Source of the DNA: Bacilli bacterium
GTDB taxonomy: Bacteria > Bacillota_I > Bacilli_A > RFN20 > CAG-826
DNA length: 37,361 nucleotides
NCBI GenBank assembly: GCA_035270925.1
Contig: DATESG010000017.1
Location: 1 to 37,361, forward strand
Reading direction: 5' to 3'
Part shown: piece by piece, positions 26,533 to 35,101 of the stretch
How the letters are laid out: the number at the start of each line of letters is the position of its first letter
Position numbering within the stretch: the stretch's first letter is position 1
Made by a program: the position numbers and the translations under genes
The notes under the pieces: generated by a model
Seen by the model: only the letters and a program-made list of their open reading frames with translations
Told to the model about the DNA's origin: nothing
Database searches by the model: none

Positions 26533-27841
26533 TATTATTCTGACTAACTTTAAGGCTAATAAGTTGAGCAATATAATTAACGCTCTGTCGTTATCGCTGG
26601 CGGTAATACTTTTTGCCCTTTTCAGTGGTTTTTATTTATCGCAGCAGGAAACAATCAACGAACAAGCCCTTAGATTTCCCGAATATCTTTGTGCAAATAT
26701 TGAAAAAAGTGAAGAGATTGAAAGCGAATCAAGCTTTCTTAAACTCAAGCAGGTTAGCAGACCAAGTTTAAGGGAAGTTGAGTCTTTTCTCTCAACTGGT
26801 ATCAGCGCTAAAATCCACTTAAATTACACTAATCTATTTCTTCAGGACGGCATATTTACTTATGGAAAGAAGTTGATGCCGGCACTCCCAGTCTTTCTTG
26901 AAAATTTTGATTTTGACCACCAACAAATCGCATTACTAAAAACCGAGTGGGTGCCAAGCGAAAGTGTTCAAACGATTTATGTTAATGACACTTTTATTTC
27001 TCGTCTTGCGGAAGTTGTCGCCTTTAATGATTACCAAGATGTTCTTTTAAGTTACACCCTCGTTATTAACAATCAAACCATGAGCAAAGAAATCATTTTT
27101 AACTTAAAAATCGTTGGTATATTTGAGGAGTTAGAGTACCTATCTAGTCCTAAAATCTATTTTTCTCAACAGGCAGTCGATGAGTTCTTTATAGCTTATG
27201 ATATTGATGAAGAAATAAACATTTATGAATATATCAGTGATCTAGCGGCAACTGATGAATCCACCAGTTATAGTTATCGGATGTACTTTGCTTCATTAGA
27301 AGACCTTGACAAAGCGAAGAATATTTCAGCGAGTTTATCAAGCGAAGATGCCTATTTAAATATCGTTGGTGAACATTTATCAAGATTAGATTCACTAAAA
27401 GAGATGTTTAATTTCATAAATATTACCTTACTTGTTAGCCTTATATTAATAGTTGTTAGTCTCCTTTTTATCAATGTGACAATTACGCATCGTGAGATAA
27501 GCAAAGCCAATGCGAAGAACGCACTTCTTTATTATTTTGGTGCGAAAACTTCGGACATTATTGATATATATTTAGGCCAGAACCTAGTTTTGGTTTCTTT
27601 TAGTATGGGCACACTAATTTTTGTACCATATCTTAGTAACGTCTTGAATTCGTTAATGATAAGCATCTTGAACATTAAGACCTCCATCGAAGTGCCTTTA
27701 CTAATATATCGGGAGATTCCCTTTCTGATTCCGGTCAGTATTTTTATCATTATGTATGTGAGTGCCAGCGTAATTACAATCATCAATATATATATAAAAA
27801 ACCAAAAGACGCTAATTAAAAGGCTGGCCCACAATGATTAA
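26516..27841 (+). CDS. FtsX-like ABC permease (1 TM, ~255-aa outside domain, 3 TM)
   Basis: Hydrophobic segments lie at about aa 20-41, 300-322, 355-372 and 401-425. The TM2-TM3 linker THREISKANAKNALLYYFGAKTSDI resembles the FtsX-family ER..EIG.L.A.GA motif. It overlaps the ATPase gene by 17 nt. Confidence 0.7.
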   Translation: MSWKTDIILTNFKANKLSNIINALSLSLAVILFALFSGFYLSQQETINEQALRFPEYLCANIEKSEEIESESSFLKLKQVSRPSLREVESFLSTGISAKIHLNYTNLFLQDGIFTYGKKLMPALPVFLENFDFDHQQIALLKTEWVPSESVQTIYVNDTFISRLAEVVAFNDYQDVLLSYTLVINNQTMSKEIIFNLKIVGIFEELEYLSSPKIYFSQQAVDEFFIAYDIDEEINIYEYISDLAATDESTSYSYRMYFASLEDLDKAKNISASLSSEDAYLNIVGEHLSRLDSLKEMFNFINITLLVSLILIVVSLLFINVTITHREISKANAKNALLYYFGAKTSDIIDIYLGQNLVLVSFSMGTLIFVPYLSNVLNSLMISILNIKTSIEVPLLIYREIPFLIPVSIFIIMYVSASVITIINIYIKNQKTLIKRLAHND

Positions 27842-30566
27842 AATCAAAAAACTCAAAGTTAAATTTGGCCCCACACCAATCCTAAATATTGATGAGCTTA
27901 TTTTTAACAGTCATGGATTTTATGCGATAGTTGGCCCCAGTGGATGCGGGAAAACGACCTTAATTAACGTTATATCCGGCGCAATTAAAGACTATAACGG
28001 TCAAGTTTTAGTAAACGCTAAATCGCTACGGGACTTGAAGGAGAAGGACAGACTTTTGTATCGCCAAAATGTTATTTCGGTGGCCTTTCAAGACCAAGTG
28101 TTATTTGACGATTTAACCGTGAGTGAAAACATCGAATTAAAACTCGATTTTTATCAAAAATTAACACCTAAGCGGAAACGCGCCAAAGTTAATGCCTTGT
28201 TGAAAGAATTAAAAATTTACAATTTAAGAGACAAAAAAGCAAAATACTTATCCGGGGGAGAAAAACAAAGAGTCGCGATTGTTCGCACCGTCATCAGTGA
28301 GGCAAAGGTCTTGATTTTTGATGAGCCGACAGCCGCACTCGATGATTTCCATAGCCGACTTACATTCTCACTCCTTGCAAAGTTAAGTCACAAGTATTTA
28401 GTGATTGTCGTCACGCACAACCGCGAATTGATTGAACAGTATGCAGACCAAGTAATTGATCTTACTTATGGAAAGGTTTGTAAAATTACACAGATTGAGC
28501 GCTCAAACGTTTCTAGTGATTTTGTCGGAATGTTAAACCAAGACTCGCCTACGCAACCGAAGACGCTAAGACTTTTCAAACTTGCCTGGAGCTTATTTAA
28601 AAGTAGACAGAAACGTAATCTCTTCGCTAGCTTTACTTTCACACTTAGTTTAACGGCGATTTGCACGCTTTTAGTTTTAACTTCGGCAATTAGCAGCGGG
28701 ATTCGCGGGAGTTTTGCCCTTAATTACCAAGAAGATACTGCCCTTATACATTATAAGAAGAACCAACCTTATCCTAGTCGTAGTGGACTAGAGGCCTCAC
28801 AAGGCGACATATTAGCTAATCGATATAGTGCAAAAGTTGGTGCTTTGTATTTAGGAGATATGAGTGCTTTGTTTCCAACCACGAATGTGGTCTATTTTCA
28901 AAATGAATTTATAAAGTTACCATTAACGACCCTCACTGCGGATAGTTTTAATAGTATTGAGCTTATTGAAGAGTTTGACATGCTTGATATATACGGATTT
29001 AGAAGATATAGATTAAGTGATGATGAAGTTATTTTGTCACTGACAACTTTGGAGCAAAAATTTCTTTATGACCATCTCAATATCCGTAAGGGAGAAACAC
29101 TTGAGCGATTAGGAGAATATTTAAAAACGTATCCGACATTTATTACGCTCCATGTTGCTAATGAAAATTGGGGTTATGAAGACGAACAAATTTTTCGTCT
29201 GATCGCGGTATTAAGCGGAGAAAGTTCGAGAATCATTCATAGCAACCCGCTATTTAGTGAAATATTATTTGAAAACAAGATGATGTTGCGGTCTAGTCTT
29301 AATTATTCCAAGCCTGATGAGTATCCTTGGACACTTAAAAAACTATATTTTCTCTTCAAAAAAGAAAACGAATTTATCCTTATAGATAAGATAAGTGATC
29401 CATACATTTTAGTGGCAAGAATGTCGCAAGCCTATTTCAGTGAAAACCGCCGGGAAACTTTTCTTGAAAATAGAATATGTTTATTTGTTAAGCCACCGAC
29501 ATATATGCCGTTAGGTGAGTTTGATAATAAAGAAAGTTACATACTGACCAATGGCGGAATAACAACCTATGAAGACGCATTAATGATTGGCTTCAGTGAT
29601 AACTTCCTAGTATGTCGTAGTTACGAGCAAATATTAGAAGTGGTTAGTTATGATGAACACCGCAGCAAAGATGATACGAAGACACTGCTTGGTGGTCCCA
29701 AAATGAGTAATGGTCATATAAGCCTTTCATTAGGAGAAGGCCTAACGTTTGCGGTCGTTGATGGTGTTGATAATGGCGAGGAGGCGAAGACGCTAGAACA
29801 AATCGTTTTGAGCACTAACCTCTTTCTAAGCTTGTTTGATGAACCATTTTCCGCCACAAAAAGTTACGAGATTTATGTAGCCGCGCCTTTTGAAGTTGAG
29901 CTGGAGGAGCATTACGTTAAAAAGCACTATTCGATTAAAACACTGACAGTCACAGGAACGATTAACGAGAAAAGAAATGTTATCTATCATCATTATTACT
30001 GGCCGCTCCTATTTTATAAAGATGTCATAAAAGTTGATCCCTTTACGCTAGTCCCAACTGGTCTAATTACAACAAATAAAGGAAGCATTTTGTGGGCGAA
30101 GGAAAACTCTAATTTTATTGTGAGCTATCCCTTCCTCGAATTCTCAAAAACAATAGATACAACTATTTCGCAAATGCTGAGCATTATATATATAGTTGCA
30201 GTCGCGGCACTTCTGATGGCGATGATTGTAATATTTCTTGTGCTTCAAACTTTGATTGATGACTTTCATCACCACTTTTCATTACTGTATTTATTTGGTT
30301 TCAGCAAAAACAGCATCACTAAACTAGGGCTATTGAGCGTCTTTTTTGTGGTTTTTCTTGCAACATTGAGTAGTATTGTCTCAACTATCATCGCTGAAAT
30401 TGTGGTCGCCCGTGTTATATTTGTCGGTGGAATAATCCTTGAAAACTTGATTCCTTATGGATTAGGGATAATTATTTCCATTTTTTGTCTACTTCTTGCT
30501 TATGTATTTTTATTTTTTAAGGTAAAAACACTGAAACTAAGCGCACTTAGTAAAAGAAATCTATAA
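27834..30566 (+). CDS. Fused ABC ATPase / FtsX-like permease (MacB architecture) with a ~490-aa extracytoplasmic domain
   Basis: The N-terminal NBD has GPSGCGKTT, LSGGEKQR, LIFDEPTAALD and VVTHN. TM1 is at about aa 262-289, a soluble region spans about aa 290-777, and three C-terminal TMs carry the FtsX-like linker DDFHHHFSLLYLFGFSKNSI. It overlaps the upstream gene by 8 nt. Confidence 0.8.
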   Translation: MIKIKKLKVKFGPTPILNIDELIFNSHGFYAIVGPSGCGKTTLINVISGAIKDYNGQVLVNAKSLRDLKEKDRLLYRQNVISVAFQDQVLFDDLTVSENIELKLDFYQKLTPKRKRAKVNALLKELKIYNLRDKKAKYLSGGEKQRVAIVRTVISEAKVLIFDEPTAALDDFHSRLTFSLLAKLSHKYLVIVVTHNRELIEQYADQVIDLTYGKVCKITQIERSNVSSDFVGMLNQDSPTQPKTLRLFKLAWSLFKSRQKRNLFASFTFTLSLTAICTLLVLTSAISSGIRGSFALNYQEDTALIHYKKNQPYPSRSGLEASQGDILANRYSAKVGALYLGDMSALFPTTNVVYFQNEFIKLPLTTLTADSFNSIELIEEFDMLDIYGFRRYRLSDDEVILSLTTLEQKFLYDHLNIRKGETLERLGEYLKTYPTFITLHVANENWGYEDEQIFRLIAVLSGESSRIIHSNPLFSEILFENKMMLRSSLNYSKPDEYPWTLKKLYFLFKKENEFILIDKISDPYILVARMSQAYFSENRRETFLENRICLFVKPPTYMPLGEFDNKESYILTNGGITTYEDALMIGFSDNFLVCRSYEQILEVVSYDEHRSKDDTKTLLGGPKMSNGHISLSLGEGLTFAVVDGVDNGEEAKTLEQIVLSTNLFLSLFDEPFSATKSYEIYVAAPFEVELEEHYVKKHYSIKTLTVTGTINEKRNVIYHHYYWPLLFYKDVIKVDPFTLVPTGLITTNKGSILWAKENSNFIVSYPFLEFSKTIDTTISQMLSIIYIVAVAALLMAMIVIFLVLQTLIDDFHHHFSLLYLFGFSKNSITKLGLLSVFFVVFLATLSSIVSTIIAEIVVARVIFVGGIILENLIPYGLGIIISIFCLLLAYVFLFFKVKTLKLSALSKRNL

Positions 30567-30663
30567 AATGTCAATTTTTGTTAGGATTTCTATTGTTTTA
30601 GTGCTAATATAAAAACGTGGATTTTCCACAAGTAATGCATATAGCATTGAAAGAGAGATAAAG

Positions 30664-30861
30664 ATGCAAGGTACTATCAAAATGTTCAACAAGGAAAAAG
30701 GATTCGGCTTTATTCGCGCAGAAGACGGCAACGATGTATTTTTCCACTACTCATCACTTGTCATGGATGGTTTCAAAACTATCGAACAAGGCGATGCAGT
30801 CTCATTTGAATTAGAGCAATCAGACCGCGGCTTACGTGCTGCGAATATTAAAAAGCTATAA
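30664..30861 (+). CDS. csp: Cold-shock protein (CspA family)
   Basis: RNP1 KGFGFI and RNP2 VFFHYS motifs. 65 aa. Confidence 0.95.
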   Translation: MQGTIKMFNKEKGFGFIRAEDGNDVFFHYSSLVMDGFKTIEQGDAVSFELEQSDRGLRAANIKKL

Positions 30862-30885
30862 ATTTAGATTAGATTAGTAGACAAG

Positions 30886-30911
30886 AAAGTTGGCAAAAGC
30901 CAACTTTTTTC
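30886..30911 (+). terminator. Intrinsic terminator after csp
   Basis: AAAGTTGGC-AAAA-GCCAACTTT hairpin followed by a T-run. Confidence 0.75.
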
Positions 30912-30966
30912 ATTTATTATGAGTGATTTTATATTATAATGTTATATTGTTTCAGGAGGATTCATT

Positions 30967-32076
30967 ATGGCTTTAAAAGTAGGTATCGTCGGTCTCCCAA
31001 ATGTTGGTAAATCAACACTATTTAACGCAATCACCCTTTCGCAGGTTGAGGCTGCCAACTATCCTTTTGCAACAATTAATCCTAATACCGGAGTAGTTGG
31101 TGTTCCTGATCCAAGATTGAACTTTTTAAGCAAAGCCTTTAGTCCTCAAAAAACCATTCCGGCGACCGTCGAGTTTGTTGATATTGCGGGTTTAGTTAAA
31201 GGTGCCTCTAAAGGAGAAGGACTTGGTAATAAGTTTTTAGCCCACATTAGAGAGTGTGATGCCATTATTGAAGTTGTTAGGGCATTTGAAAGCAGCGAAA
31301 TTATTCATGTTGAAAATAGCGTTGACCCCAAAAGAGACATTGAAATTATTAATTTTGAATTAATTATGGCGGATATCGAAACCTTAAATAAGCGGCGGAC
31401 TAAAGTTGAAACTAAAGCGAGAGTGAATAAAGACAAAGATGCAATGTATGAACTTGAAATTGTTGATATTTTACTGGAAGCGCTGAACCAAGAGATTCCA
31501 GCTCGTTTAGTTAAAAAGCTCAACAATACGCAGTTAGAATTTGTCCTAAAAAACTATTTCTTACTAACAATTAAACCACTTATCTATATCGCTAATATTG
31601 CCGATGATGATTACCAAACTTATCAAGAAAATCCCCTTTATCTCGCAGTTGAAAACGTTGCGAAAAAAGAGAATACGATTGTCGTGCCTGTAAGCTGTGC
31701 GATTGAACAAGAACTCTCTCTGCTTGAACAATCCGAAAGACATGAGTACCTAGAATCACTGGGAGTAAGTGAATCCGGATTAGATAAAGTGATTAAGGTT
31801 GCTTATAACCTTTTGGGATTACAAACATTTTTTACAGTTGGTAAAGATGAAGTGAAAGCTTGGACCTTTATTAAAGGAATGACCGCCCCACAATGTGCGG
31901 GTGTGATCCATACTGACTTCTTACGAGGCTTTATCAAAGCTGAAGTTTATCACTATAATGACTATGTTGCACTTAAAAGCGAACAAGCCATTAAAGATGC
32001 GGGGAAACTTAAAATTGAAGGTAAAGATTACATCGTCAAGGATGGCGATATCATGTTCTTCCGTTTTAACGTCTAA
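30967..32076 (+). CDS. ychF: Ribosome-binding ATPase YchF
   Basis: [17 protein letters not shown]1 motif and the C-terminal TGS-like [19 protein letters not shown]. Confidence 0.95.
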   Translation: MALKVGIVGLPNVGKSTLFNAITLSQVEAANYPFATINPNTGVVGVPDPRLNFLSKAFSPQKTIPATVEFVDIAGLVKGASKGEGLGNKFLAHIRECDAIIEVVRAFESSEIIHVENSVDPKRDIEIINFELIMADIETLNKRRTKVETKARVNKDKDAMYELEIVDILLEALNQEIPARLVKKLNNTQLEFVLKNYFLLTIKPLIYIANIADDDYQTYQENPLYLAVENVAKKENTIVVPVSCAIEQELSLLEQSERHEYLESLGVSESGLDKVIKVAYNLLGLQTFFTVGKDEVKAWTFIKGMTAPQCAGVIHTDFLRGFIKAEVYHYNDYVALKSEQAIKDAGKLKIEGKDYIVKDGDIMFFRFNV

Positions 32077-32101
32077 AAGTCGCTCTTTACTAGTAAATTG
32101 A

Positions 32102-32129
32102 TTGTTTTATACTGAATTATTAGTATAAT
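32102..32129 (+). promoter_or_regulatory. Promoter candidate for argS
   Basis: TTGTTT (32102-32107), a 16-nt spacer, then TATAAT (32124-32129), 19 nt upstream of the argS ATG. Confidence 0.4.
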
Positions 32130-32148
32130 CATAACGAAACGAGGAATT

Positions 32149-33774
32149 ATGAACGTATCTTTATATTTACAAACGAAAATCAAAAACGCCTTAGATAAAC
32201 TTCAAATCGAATTTGATTTAAGCAGTATTGTCATCGAACGAAGCAAAGATGCAGTTCATGGTGATTATGCCTCAAATATCGCGATGCAGTTAACAAAATT
32301 GTTAAAGAAAAACCCTCGTGAAATTGCCAAAATGGTGATTGATAATCTCGAACTCCAAGACATTGAAAAAATTGAGATTGCAGGCCCGGGTTTTATTAAC
32401 TTTTTCATGGAAACAACTTATTTAGCCTCGGCGATTAATGATATTTTTCTCGCCGGCAAAGATTATGGCCGTCTCCTCGAAGCGAGTAGAGAAAAGATTA
32501 ACGTTGAATTTGTCAGTGCTAATCCAACTGGGGAATTACATTTAGGCCACGCTCGGATTGCGGCGATTGGTGATGTGATTTGCCGTCTATATGAAGCGCG
32601 GGGATATGAAATTACCCGAGAATATTATGTTAATGATGCTGGCGTCCAAATAAATAATTTGGCGCGCTCAATTTATAATCGCTACCTTGGCCTATTTGGC
32701 ATTGAACGTCCTTTCCCAGAAGATGGTTATCACAGTCCCAAAATTATCGATGTTGCGAAAGTAATTAAAGATGAAGTTGGTGATAAATATCTTGAAGATG
32801 AGACTAACGGTCTCATTTATATGGAAAAGCGCGGTGTGGAAATTGAACTCCAAGGCATTATCGATGATCTCGCTTTATTCAAAGTGAAATTTGATGTTTT
32901 TTCTAGTGAAGTTGCAATTAGAGCCGATCAAAAAGTCGAAAAATTTGTCGCTAAATTAGGTGACAAAGTTTATGTTGATGGTGAGGCTACTTTTCTTAAA
33001 ACAAGTGAGTTTGGCGATGATAAAGACCGCGTGATTGTAAAATCAAATGGAGATTTTACTTACTTTACCCCGGATATTGTCTATCACCTTGATAAGATGA
33101 GTCGGGGCTACGACAAGTTAATTGACGTTTTAGGGGCGGATCATCACGGTTATATTGCGAGAATGAAAGCTGCCTTAATGATGTTTGGCTATCCTAGTGA
33201 TACGCTTCATGTCGAACTTATTCAAATGGTCCGCCTCATTCAAAACGGCCAAGAGGTTAAAATGAGCAAACGCACAGGTAATGCAATTACCTTACGTGAA
33301 CTCGTCGAAGAAGTTGGTGTTGACGCCGTCAGATATTTCTTTGTCGCACGGGCGGCTAGTGGTCATCTTGACTTTGATATCGATTTAGCCAAGGAGGCTT
33401 CGACCGCTAACCCACTATATTACGCGCAATACGCTCACGCGCGGCTTGCGACGGTTTTAGAAAACACTCACAAGTATGGACTAGACGAATTGGGCACTAA
33501 TCTTCATCGACCTGAAGAAAAAGAGCTCTTAAAACAATTAATTGATTTTGCGCTTACTGTTGAAGAAGCGGCAATCACAAGAGCTCCTTATAAGGTCGCA
33601 ACGTATATTCAAAGGCTCGCAAGTTTAATCCATACGTTCTACACAGAATGTCGGATTCTTGACCCTGAAGATCTGGCCACAACCAAATCAAGACTTGCGC
33701 TTGCAAAGGCTAGTTTGATTACGATGAGCAATGCCCTTGAGTTACTTGGGGTTAGCGCCCCAAACAAAATGTAA
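32149..33774 (+). CDS. argS: Arginine--tRNA ligase
   Basis: Class I HIGH motif (PTGELHLGHAR) and a KMSKS-like MSKRTG. 541 aa with an N-terminal Arg-tRNA-binding domain. Confidence 0.95.
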   Translation: MNVSLYLQTKIKNALDKLQIEFDLSSIVIERSKDAVHGDYASNIAMQLTKLLKKNPREIAKMVIDNLELQDIEKIEIAGPGFINFFMETTYLASAINDIFLAGKDYGRLLEASREKINVEFVSANPTGELHLGHARIAAIGDVICRLYEARGYEITREYYVNDAGVQINNLARSIYNRYLGLFGIERPFPEDGYHSPKIIDVAKVIKDEVGDKYLEDETNGLIYMEKRGVEIELQGIIDDLALFKVKFDVFSSEVAIRADQKVEKFVAKLGDKVYVDGEATFLKTSEFGDDKDRVIVKSNGDFTYFTPDIVYHLDKMSRGYDKLIDVLGADHHGYIARMKAALMMFGYPSDTLHVELIQMVRLIQNGQEVKMSKRTGNAITLRELVEEVGVDAVRYFFVARAASGHLDFDIDLAKEASTANPLYYAQYAHARLATVLENTHKYGLDELGTNLHRPEEKELLKQLIDFALTVEEAAITRAPYKVATYIQRLASLIHTFYTECRILDPEDLATTKSRLALAKASLITMSNALELLGVSAPNKM

Positions 33775-33778
33775 AAAA

Positions 33779-33817
33779 ACGATATTTTGCTTGTATTACA
33801 AGCACTAAATCGTTTTA
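33779..33817 (+). terminator. Hairpin after argS (possible terminator)
   Basis: The outer stem ACGAT/ATCGT encloses GCTTGT-ATT-ACAAGC, followed by a short TTTT. Confidence 0.45.
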
Positions 33818-33870
33818 ATATAATCAAGCAATGAAAGTGATACTTATTATTAAATAAGTGAGGATAAATT

Positions 33871-34254
33871 ATGAGTCCAAGAGCCACATTAGAAGTCGCC
33901 TACGATATTCTATCAAACGATCAACACCCCCTACCATTTTATGAACTATGGGAAAAGGTTTGTGGAAGCCAAGATTTCAGTAAAGATCAATGCTTTAATC
34001 TTCTCTCGCGTTTCTATACGAACTTAACTCTTGATGGTCGCTTCGTTAATTTAGGCGACAACATTTGGGAGTTAAGAGTTCATCTTAAATCAAGCGAACT
34101 TAAACTTGAATTAAACGAAGTTTATAGTGATGTTGATGAAGCCGATGAAGACATTGAAGAAAAAACATTACTTCTACAAGCTGGTGAAGTCACCGTCGAT
34201 GAAACCGGATTAAAGCTTGATGAAGACAACGAAGAAGAAACTGAACAAGAATAA
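33871..34254 (+). CDS. rpoE: DNA-directed RNA polymerase delta subunit
   Basis: N-terminal HARE-HTH-like domain (FYELWEKV...FYTNLTLDGRFVNLGDNIWELR) followed by a strongly acidic D/E tail. Confidence 0.85.
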   Translation: MSPRATLEVAYDILSNDQHPLPFYELWEKVCGSQDFSKDQCFNLLSRFYTNLTLDGRFVNLGDNIWELRVHLKSSELKLELNEVYSDVDEADEDIEEKTLLLQAGEVTVDETGLKLDEDNEEETEQE

Positions 34255-34314
34255 TGTTCAGTTTTTTCCTAATTACACACAAAAAGGGGTAATGCCCTTT
34301 GATTGGAGTTTTTT

Positions 34315-35091
34315 ATGTTTGAACTAGAACTAAAAAGGGCGCTCGAAGTCGCCCAAATCGTCCGTCCACAAATTATGGAAATTTACGAAGGTGATTTTGA
34401 AGTTGAAATAAAAGAAGATAATTCACCAGTCACTCAGGCTGACTTACTCGCTGATAGAATTATCACTGAATTTCTTTCATTTCACTTCCCAACCTATGCT
34501 TTTTTAACCGAAGAAAGTGAAGATAATCCTTCACGTTTCACGAACGACTATGTGTGGATCATTGATCCGATTGATGGGACTAAAGACTTTGTCGGAAAAG
34601 ACGGCGAATTTAGTGTTAATATTGCGCTTAGTTATAAGCATGAAATTGTGTTAGGAGTGATCTTAGCACCAGTTACTAATGTCGTTTATTACGCGACTAA
34701 AGGCCAAGGGGCTTTTAAAATTGAAAACGGTCTAACAAGTCCAATTCACGTCAATAATAAATTAAATAATTTAACCGTTGTGACTAGTCGCTACCACCTC
34801 CATCAAACCGAAAAAAACATGATTGCTAAACACGCGGATAAAATTTCACATCAAGTTACGATTGGCGCGAGCCTTAAGGCTTGCATTATTGCTGAAGGTA
34901 AGGCTGAGTTATCATATAGATTTAGTGATGGAACTAAAGAATGGGATATTGCCCCCGGACAAATAATTGTCGAAGAAGCGGGCGGAATATTTGTTAAACC
35001 AGATCTAACAAGGTATTCTTATAACAGAAAAGATGTTCGTAATCGCGAGGGTTATATAATTACCAATCGCAAAGAGAATATTCTCTTATAG
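34315..35091 (+). CDS. Inositol monophosphatase family protein (CysQ-like 3'(2'),5'-bisphosphate nucleotidase candidate)
   Basis: TEES, WIIDPIDGTKDF and KEWDIAPG metal-binding motifs. The start is taken at ATG 34315 (GGAG 6 nt upstream) rather than the TTG at 34303. Confidence 0.8.
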   Translation: MFELELKRALEVAQIVRPQIMEIYEGDFEVEIKEDNSPVTQADLLADRIITEFLSFHFPTYAFLTEESEDNPSRFTNDYVWIIDPIDGTKDFVGKDGEFSVNIALSYKHEIVLGVILAPVTNVVYYATKGQGAFKIENGLTSPIHVNNKLNNLTVVTSRYHLHQTEKNMIAKHADKISHQVTIGASLKACIIAEGKAELSYRFSDGTKEWDIAPGQIIVEEAGGIFVKPDLTRYSYNRKDVRNREGYIITNRKENILL

Positions 35092-35101
35092 GAGACTAAT
35101 A

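Noticed and set aside
30863-30877. Short tandem TAGAT repeat (TTAGATTAGATTAG) after csp
   Set aside because: It has under three copies of a 5-mer in AT-rich spacer, just upstream of the csp terminator. It is too short to be meaningful.
32077-32148. Possible T-box leader upstream of argS
   Set aside because: The gap is only 72 nt and contains a plausible promoter. T-box leaders are around 200 nt or more, with a specifier loop and a T-box sequence that I do not see.
34255-34302. Hairpin AAAGGG-GTAATG-CCCTTT after rpoE as a terminator
   Set aside because: The stem is short and is followed by GATTGG rather than a T-run, so I did not list it as a terminator.
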